NCBI GenBank assembly: GCA_963770835.1 | Contig: CAVYRH010000016.1 | Span: forward strand, 1 to 64,000 | Direction: 5' to 3' | From: an uncultured Pseudomonadota bacterium | Lineage (GTDB): Bacteria > Oederibacteriota > Muellerivitia > Muellerivitales > Muellerivitaceae | Length of the DNA stretch: 64,000 nt | Shown here: piece by piece, positions 58,169-64,000 of the stretch | How the letters are laid out: each line of letters starts with the position of its first letter | Position numbering within the stretch: the stretch's first letter is position 1 | Translations under genes and position numbers: made by a program | Notes under the pieces: generated by a model | What the model was told of the DNA's origin: nothing | Seen by the model: only the letters and a program-made list of their open reading frames with translations | Database searches by the model: none

Positions 58169-59338
58169 ATGCTCATCGATTGGTTTACTGTCATCGCCCA
58201 GGCGCTCAACTTCCTCATCCTGGTATGGCTGATGAAGCGCTTTTTATATAAGCCCATCCTCAAGGCCATCGATGAGCGGGAAAAAAGGATCGCCGCCGAA
58301 CTCGCGGAGGCGGACAAGAAGAAGACCGAAGCCCAAAAGGAAGGCGACGAGTACAAACGCAAAAACGAGGACTTTGACCGGCAACGCGATGCGCTATTGA
58401 ACCAGGCGACGGCAGAAGCCCAAGCTGAACGCCAGCGGCTTCTCGCGGAGGCAAGGAGGGCCGCAGAGGATTTAAGCTTTAAACGCCAGGAGGCGTTGAA
58501 GGCGGAAGAACATGACTTGCACCAGGCCATCCGCCGCCGGACAGGGAAGGAAGTATTTTCCATCGCGCGAAAGACGCTGTCTGATCTCGCCGGTTCAGTG
58601 TTGGAGGAGCGAATGGCGGACCTGTTCATCCTGCGTTTGCGGAAGATAGAAGGCCAGGCGAAAGCCGACCTCGCCGGGGCTCTTCGGTCGGCTCATGAAC
58701 CGGCGCTAGTTCGAAGCGCTTTTGACTTACCTTTGGATTTGCGAGATTCCATCCAGAAGGCGTTGAATGAGACTTTTTCATCCGAGATTCGGGTCCGTTT
58801 CGAAACCGCCCCCGAATTGATCAACGGCATCGAACTCACTGCAAATGGACAAAAACTAGCATGGAGTATCGAGGATTACCTGGCGTCGATGGAAAAAGGT
58901 GTGGAGGATATCCTGAAAGAGAAGGATAAAACCGCGAGCAAAGCATCGTCCGATTTGACGCCACGGATCGCCAAGCGCGCTTACGAACTGTATGAGATGC
59001 ATGGACGCAAAAACGATTCGGCGAGCCAGGATTGGAGTCAGGCGGAAGGGGAGATTCGCAAGACGGGTATCAAAGCCGAACCTAAACCCGAAATCAAAGT
59101 CGAACCTAAAGTGGAACTTAAAGCACCGGCAAAACCCGAGACCAAAGCCGAAACCAAAAATGAAGGCGAGGTCTCGGTTAAGCCAAAAGCCGATGTTGCC
59201 CCTAAACCTGAAGTCAAAGCTGGTGCTGAACCTGAAATTAAAAGTGGGGCAAAAATAGTTGTCAAAGCCGAACCCGAGCCGGAAGTCAAAGTGGAACCCA
59301 AGCCGGAAAAAGTTATTCCCGGAGCAAAGAGTCAATGA
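58169..59338 (+). CDS. atpF: ATPase subunit b (delta-like fusion) with extra DUF2934 and PEK tail
   Basis: [35 protein letters not shown]. Confidence 0.9.
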   Translation: MLIDWFTVIAQALNFLILVWLMKRFLYKPILKAIDEREKRIAAELAEADKKKTEAQKEGDEYKRKNEDFDRQRDALLNQATAEAQAERQRLLAEARRAAEDLSFKRQEALKAEEHDLHQAIRRRTGKEVFSIARKTLSDLAGSVLEERMADLFILRLRKIEGQAKADLAGALRSAHEPALVRSAFDLPLDLRDSIQKALNETFSSEIRVRFETAPELINGIELTANGQKLAWSIEDYLASMEKGVEDILKEKDKTASKASSDLTPRIAKRAYELYEMHGRKNDSASQDWSQAEGEIRKTGIKAEPKPEIKVEPKVELKAPAKPETKAETKNEGEVSVKPKADVAPKPEVKAGAEPEIKSGAKIVVKAEPEPEVKVEPKPEKVIPGAKSQ

Positions 59339-61026
59339 ACACGGAAACCGAAAGTCTCGAAAGCGTTTTTGAAAGCGCGTTTGCCGGAATAGCCCAAACT
59401 CTGGAAGCGACCAAGCCCCAACTGAAGCCACGAGAGGTTGGAACGATCATGAGTGTCGGCACCGGCATTGCAAAAGTTTCGGGCCTCCCCGGTGTGGGCT
59501 TTGAGGAATTGATCGAATTTCCCGGCGATGTGCTCGGCATCGCTTTTAACGTTGACGCCGACGAGATCGGCGTGGTCCTGCTCGGCGAATACTGGCATTT
59601 GCGGGCGGGGGATGAAGTGCGGCGAACGGGCCGGGTCATGGATGTGGTCGTGGGCGAGGGATTGCTTGGCCGGGTCATTGATCCCCTGGGATGCGCCCTG
59701 GATGAGAACGGCCCAGTGGTTTCCAGCGGGCGCCTGCCCGTCGAACGCCCCGCCGCGCCCATCATGGACCGGGCTCCAGTCACGGTACCCCTCCAGACGG
59801 GCCTCAAGGTCATTGACGCGCTTATCCCCATCGGGCGGGGCCAAAGGGAGTTGATCCTCGGCGACCGGCGGACGGGGAAGACAGCCATCGCCATCGATAC
59901 TATCCTCAACCAGCGGGACCAGAACGTATTGTGTGTTTATTGTTTCATCGGTCAGCGGGCATCCGCCGTCGCGAAGGCCGTGGCAACCTTGCGGGAAAAA
60001 GGCGCGATGGATTACACCGTCGTCGTCGTGACGGAGGGCAATGATCCTCCTGGCCTCACTTATCTCGCTCCCTACGCCGCCACCAGCATCGCGGAGTCCT
60101 TCATGGAATCGGGCCGGGATGTTTTGATCGTTTACGATGACCTTACCCATCACGCGCGAGCCTACCGCGAACTCTCCCTACTACTGAACCGTCCGCCGGG
60201 CCGGGAAGCCTTTCCGGGCGACATCTTTTACATCCACTCAAGGATGCTCGAACGGGCGACGCACTTGGGTAAGGAACTCGGGGGAGGTTCCCTTACCGCG
60301 CTCCCCATCATTGAGACCCAGGCCCAGGATATTTCTGCCTATATTCCCACGAACCTGATCTCTATAACGGATGGGCAGATCTACCTCTCGCCCTCGCTGT
60401 TTGAATTGGGCGTGCTGCCTGCGGTCGATGTCGGGAAATCCGTTTCGCGGGTTGGGGGAAAGGCGCAACGCGCGGCCTACAGGGTGGTGGCAGGAGACCT
60501 CAAGCTCGCCTATGCACAGTTCGAGGAACTTGAGACTTTTTCCAGGTTCGGCGCAAGCCTGGATGAAAACACCCACAAAGCCATTGAGCATGGACGTCGG
60601 ATACGTTCCTGCCTGAAACAGCCGGAAGGAGCCCCGGTGTCCGTTCCCGCCCAGATTACCGTCCTGTTGGCGTTGGGGGAGAAGCTCTTCGACCTTGTGC
60701 CTTTGGACCGAATGAAGGACGCTGAGCAAGCCCTGCTTGAAGCCTCGGCGAAACTGCCGGGGGAGGTTCGAGGGAGATTGGAGTCCTCCGAAAAATTGAG
60801 CGGCAAGGATCGTGAAATGATCATCCAAATCGCCCGTGATTCGCTTGGCCCCTTCCAACCCAAACCCGAACCAAAGCCGGAGATCAAAACGGAAACTCCA
60901 ATCAAGCCCCAGCCTGGGTCCAAACCGGAACCCAAGATGGAGATAATGCCGAAACCTGGACCTGTGGGAAAACCGGAAAATAAAACGGAAGCCAAAAGAA
61001 AGCCTGAACCCGAGGTTAAATCGTGA
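59335..61026 (+). CDS. atpA: N-type ATPase alpha subunit
   Basis: [29 protein letters not shown]. Confidence 0.95.
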   Translation: MNTETESLESVFESAFAGIAQTLEATKPQLKPREVGTIMSVGTGIAKVSGLPGVGFEELIEFPGDVLGIAFNVDADEIGVVLLGEYWHLRAGDEVRRTGRVMDVVVGEGLLGRVIDPLGCALDENGPVVSSGRLPVERPAAPIMDRAPVTVPLQTGLKVIDALIPIGRGQRELILGDRRTGKTAIAIDTILNQRDQNVLCVYCFIGQRASAVAKAVATLREKGAMDYTVVVVTEGNDPPGLTYLAPYAATSIAESFMESGRDVLIVYDDLTHHARAYRELSLLLNRPPGREAFPGDIFYIHSRMLERATHLGKELGGGSLTALPIIETQAQDISAYIPTNLISITDGQIYLSPSLFELGVLPAVDVGKSVSRVGGKAQRAAYRVVAGDLKLAYAQFEELETFSRFGASLDENTHKAIEHGRRIRSCLKQPEGAPVSVPAQITVLLALGEKLFDLVPLDRMKDAEQALLEASAKLPGEVRGRLESSEKLSGKDREMIIQIARDSLGPFQPKPEPKPEIKTETPIKPQPGSKPEPKMEIMPKPGPVGKPENKTEAKRKPEPEVKS

Positions 61027-61916
61027 GCAACACAACCGCCAGCCTCCGCCGAAAGATCGCCGGTGCCAGGGATCTTCAATCAGTCGTCCGAACGATGAAG
61101 GCCGTGGCCGCATCCAGTATCGGGCAATACGAGAATTCGGTTCGTGCCTTGGCCGACTACTATCATGCCGTTGAACTGGGTTTGGGTGTTTGCTTCAGGG
61201 CAAGCGGGCCGGTTTCCGATGTTGAAGTAAAGAATGGGAAACAAAAAGTGGGAGCCATTGGGGCGGTCGTTTTCGGCTCGGACCAGGGCCTCGTGGGTCA
61301 ATTTAACGAAGTGGTTGCGGATTTCGCCGTAAAAACTCTTTCGGCCTTTCCATCCAAATCCGAGGTCTGGGCCGTTGGGGAACGTGTTTATGCGCGACTT
61401 GCGGAAGCGGGCCTGCCCTTGATGGGGGTATTAACCGTGCCAAATTCCGTCAAGGCAATAACCCCGCTAGTCGGGCAGATTCTCATGGAAAGCGAGGAGC
61501 GCCGGGACAAGGGCGAAATCAGCGAACTCCACCTTTTCTACAATCGCCCGACATCAGGGGCCGTTTACGCGCCCGTGACCCAGCGGCTTCTGCCCTTGGA
61601 CGAAAACTGGAGACGCAAGCTTGCAGGACTTCCCTGGCCGACGGGATACCTGCCCGAGGTTATGGGTGTAGGCGCCGAGACGTTACAGGCTTTCCTGAAC
61701 GGATATCTTTTCGTTTCCCTTTTTCGGGCCTGCGCCGAATCCCTAGCCAGCGAGAATGCGAGCCGTTTGGCTTCAATGCAACGTGCGGACAAGAACATCA
61801 ATGAATTGTTGGAGGAACTCAACGTCAATTTCCATCGATTGCGTCAAAGTGGAATTGATGAAGAACTTTTCGACGTCATCTCTGGATTCGAGGCCTTAAA
61901 CGGTAAGGAGAAATGA
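61023..61916 (+). CDS. atpG: N-type ATPase gamma subunit
   Basis: [29 protein letters not shown]. Confidence 0.93.
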   Translation: MSNTTASLRRKIAGARDLQSVVRTMKAVAASSIGQYENSVRALADYYHAVELGLGVCFRASGPVSDVEVKNGKQKVGAIGAVVFGSDQGLVGQFNEVVADFAVKTLSAFPSKSEVWAVGERVYARLAEAGLPLMGVLTVPNSVKAITPLVGQILMESEERRDKGEISELHLFYNRPTSGAVYAPVTQRLLPLDENWRRKLAGLPWPTGYLPEVMGVGAETLQAFLNGYLFVSLFRACAESLASENASRLASMQRADKNINELLEELNVNFHRLRQSGIDEELFDVISGFEALNGKEK

Positions 61917-61956
61917 TGGTTGGCGACAAAACTTATAACCGGCCTAGTTTAGGAAG

Positions 61957-61986
61957 GTCTCCACCCTGGGGAGGCGAATAGGACAA
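61957..61986 (+). repeat. 30-bp site, degenerate (GTCTCCACCCTGGGGAGGCGAATAGGACAA)
   Basis: TCCAC, TGGGGAGG and GGACAA at consensus positions. Confidence 0.65.
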
Positions 61987-62024
61987 AGGGAAAAGGTTAG
62001 GCAGCGGTAAATAAAAAGGAGGTT

Positions 62025-62282
62025 GTGATGAAGATTAACATCAAAGCGTTCGGATTGGCTTGTGGTTTGTTGTGGGGCCTGGGAGTTTTAGGCCTGACTT
62101 GGTGGGTCATCCTTTTCGAGGGGTCAACCCACGACCTGATGTTGCTTGGACACATCTATCGGGGTTATGACATCAGCCCCGCCGGAAGTTTGATTGGGGC
62201 TGCGTATGGGCTTGTGGATGGAGGGGTGGGCGGTGTCGTTTTCGCCTGGCTTTATAACATCCTCTGCGTCAAGTTCAAATGA
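62025..62282 (+). CDS. Small two-TM membrane protein (cassette-like)
   Basis: AAGGAGG SD; AFGLACG..W, YRGY, FAWLYN; between two sites. Confidence 0.75.
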   Translation: MMKINIKAFGLACGLLWGLGVLGLTWWVILFEGSTHDLMLLGHIYRGYDISPAGSLIGAAYGLVDGGVGGVVFAWLYNILCVKFK

Positions 62283-62301
62283 TCAGGGGTTGAGTAGTAG
62301 G

Positions 62302-62331
62302 TTGTCCACGACGGGGACCCAGAGTGGACAG
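62302..62331 (+). repeat. 30-bp site (TTGTCCACGACGGGGACCCAGAGTGGACAG)
   Basis: First 19 nt identical to consensus. Confidence 0.9.
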
Positions 62332-62354
62332 AGAAAAAACGGAAGGGGTTTTAA

Positions 62355-63767
62355 ATGTCTAAACGGCAGGCAGTGGGAACCATCTTCCTTCTCTTTTTCC
62401 TTGCCCAACGAGTGTTCGCCATCAGTGATGACTGCCTTTTGGCCGAAAAGTCCGTGTTGATCGTGCGTGCCCGCCTTCATATTCAACAAAAAAACCTACT
62501 GAATCCAACCACCAAAAAAGAATATCGGGTACCCATCCGTTTGGAAATTATCGATGTTTTAAAAAAGGGCGATGAGGGGCTCAAGCAGGTTGAACTTACG
62601 GATGTCTACCCCGACACGAATCCCAAGTGGGATGCGGACGTTTGGATGAAAAAATACAGGGTGTTTGACGGGAAAGACGTATTGGTGTTTTTGCAAAAGA
62701 CCTACCTGCGGATTCCCGTGGCCGACCCCCAAAAAGACGATTCTTTCGTGCCGATGTACTACTTAACCCCTTTTGGTTCCTTTGTTTACGACCCCTCCCC
62801 GGATGCCTTAAGGCTTTATTCGGCCTCGGCGGCCAAGACCGTCCATGATTGTTTGTATGCGCCGACCCCAACGCCCCCACCTGTGCCCGAATGGGCTCTG
62901 AAGGCCATTGAAAAGACGGACTTCTCCTTTATCAAAACCGCAATCCACCGCCCGGATAACGACATGGACATTGGCCCGAGCTTGAAAGGAAAGAAGGTTG
63001 AAATCCCCAAAAAGATTCGGGCGGTCTTGCAGACCGAAGCCAAGGAGGATTTCGGGGGGCTGGTCAAATTTATAGCCCAGGATTCGGAAGGGTCGGGTGT
63101 CAAGGAGGATGAAATTTGGGATTATTACGGCCTCCATCCCCTTAAAACCTATGGCCCTGTTTACTTAGTCAAGGCCCCCAATGGGCTGGAAGTTTACGTT
63201 TTAATGAACCTCCGGTCGGGCTCCATGGGCGGGTGGAGTTACGGCTTGCTCCTCTATGACCCTAAAACCGGTAAAGCCAGTAAAAGTGCCACTTGGATTT
63301 CCGGCAAATGGCTGGATGGTTTGGATAAAGACTTAAGGATGTTCGAGGGGGACCGATGCCTCACGAAGCCCATGATCTCCTTCGATGACATCAACTCGGA
63401 CGGCCAAAAGGCTCTCGTAGTGGAGGAGCGGGTCCACAATGGGACCATGGTCAACGCGGGCATTTATCACTATTTCTTCATCGAGAAGGACTTGTCCCTT
63501 AAGGAAGTTCTAGAGTTGGAAGCCCGGTTGTTGAATTTGAACGATGAGTCGACCTGGTTTTACCGGAGAATCACCGCCCGGAAAAAGAACGAATTGACCG
63601 TGAAAGTCACTTTGGAAGGGGACGGGAAAAGCTCAACCCCCATTGGAACAATAGTTTTAAAAAGCGATGGGAACGACGCGCCTTTTAAGATGGACCATAA
63701 GAACGTCACAAATGGGGAATACAAGGATTTCATGTTTTTTTCGGAAGACGACGAATATTTCCGTTAA
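62355..63767 (+). CDS. Exported hypothetical protein with PTPTPP linker (cassette-like)
   Basis: Signal peptide, 470 aa, between two sites. Confidence 0.75.
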   Translation: MSKRQAVGTIFLLFFLAQRVFAISDDCLLAEKSVLIVRARLHIQQKNLLNPTTKKEYRVPIRLEIIDVLKKGDEGLKQVELTDVYPDTNPKWDADVWMKKYRVFDGKDVLVFLQKTYLRIPVADPQKDDSFVPMYYLTPFGSFVYDPSPDALRLYSASAAKTVHDCLYAPTPTPPPVPEWALKAIEKTDFSFIKTAIHRPDNDMDIGPSLKGKKVEIPKKIRAVLQTEAKEDFGGLVKFIAQDSEGSGVKEDEIWDYYGLHPLKTYGPVYLVKAPNGLEVYVLMNLRSGSMGGWSYGLLLYDPKTGKASKSATWISGKWLDGLDKDLRMFEGDRCLTKPMISFDDINSDGQKALVVEERVHNGTMVNAGIYHYFFIEKDLSLKEVLELEARLLNLNDESTWFYRRITARKKNELTVKVTLEGDGKSSTPIGTIVLKSDGNDAPFKMDHKNVTNGEYKDFMFFSEDDEYFR

Positions 63768-63834
63768 CTAAAAAAAGCAGAATGAACAGGGCTTTTATCA
63801 TTAAAAAGTAAAAAGGTCAGGAATTTATTAAATG

Positions 63835-63864
63835 TTGTCCACGATGGGGAGGTGTAGTAGACAA
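63835..63864 (+). repeat. 30-bp site (TTGTCCACGATGGGGAGGTGTAGTAGACAA)
   Basis: Conserved left arm, central GA, GACAA end. Confidence 0.85.
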
Positions 63865-63945
63865 TACTTTTTACTGGTTACCCACCATAAGGAGATGCAG
63901 TGAACTTCTTGCCTGGCCGGGGTAGCACCCACAATTTGCGTTGTA

Positions 63946-63974
63946 TTGACAATACGAAATATATTTCGTACACT
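63946..63974 (+). promoter_or_regulatory. Sigma-70 promoter with operator for a gene starting at 63991
   Basis: TTGACA-17-TACACT overlapping palindrome TACGAAATATATTTCGTA. Confidence 0.65.
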
Positions 63975-64000
63975 TGTTTTGGAGGGATTGATGCAGGTTA

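Overview
Bacterial chromosomal window of mixed GC content. Core genes (nth, ABC-2 transporter, CHASE2 cyclase cluster, marC, NAD kinase, tgt, queA) are interleaved with accessory DNA: toxin-antitoxin islets, two tandem units bounded by SpoVG-like genes, an orphan cas1-cas2, a group II intron, and a pgm-glgP-malQ-ackA-xfp-fba plus N-ATPase block. Two unexplained architectures stand out. (1) A 30-bp palindromic site (TTGTCCACGACGGG-GA-CCCGTCGTGGACAA) occurs about 10 times, nine in the same orientation. It brackets single unrelated ORFs like integron cassettes, has the geometry of a serine-resolvase crossover site, and one copy is split by a group II intron whose EBS1 matches it. This is a candidate non-attC cassette system; its recombinase is not in the window. 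(2) A 37-bp CRISPR-like repeat occurs three times, one copy 22 bp after cas2. The copies are separated by 7.5 and 8.3 kb of DNA that breaks genes exactly at the repeats, which could mean giant spacers, an array dispersed by recombination, or a misassembly. All calls are from reading the sequence by eye; no searches were run.
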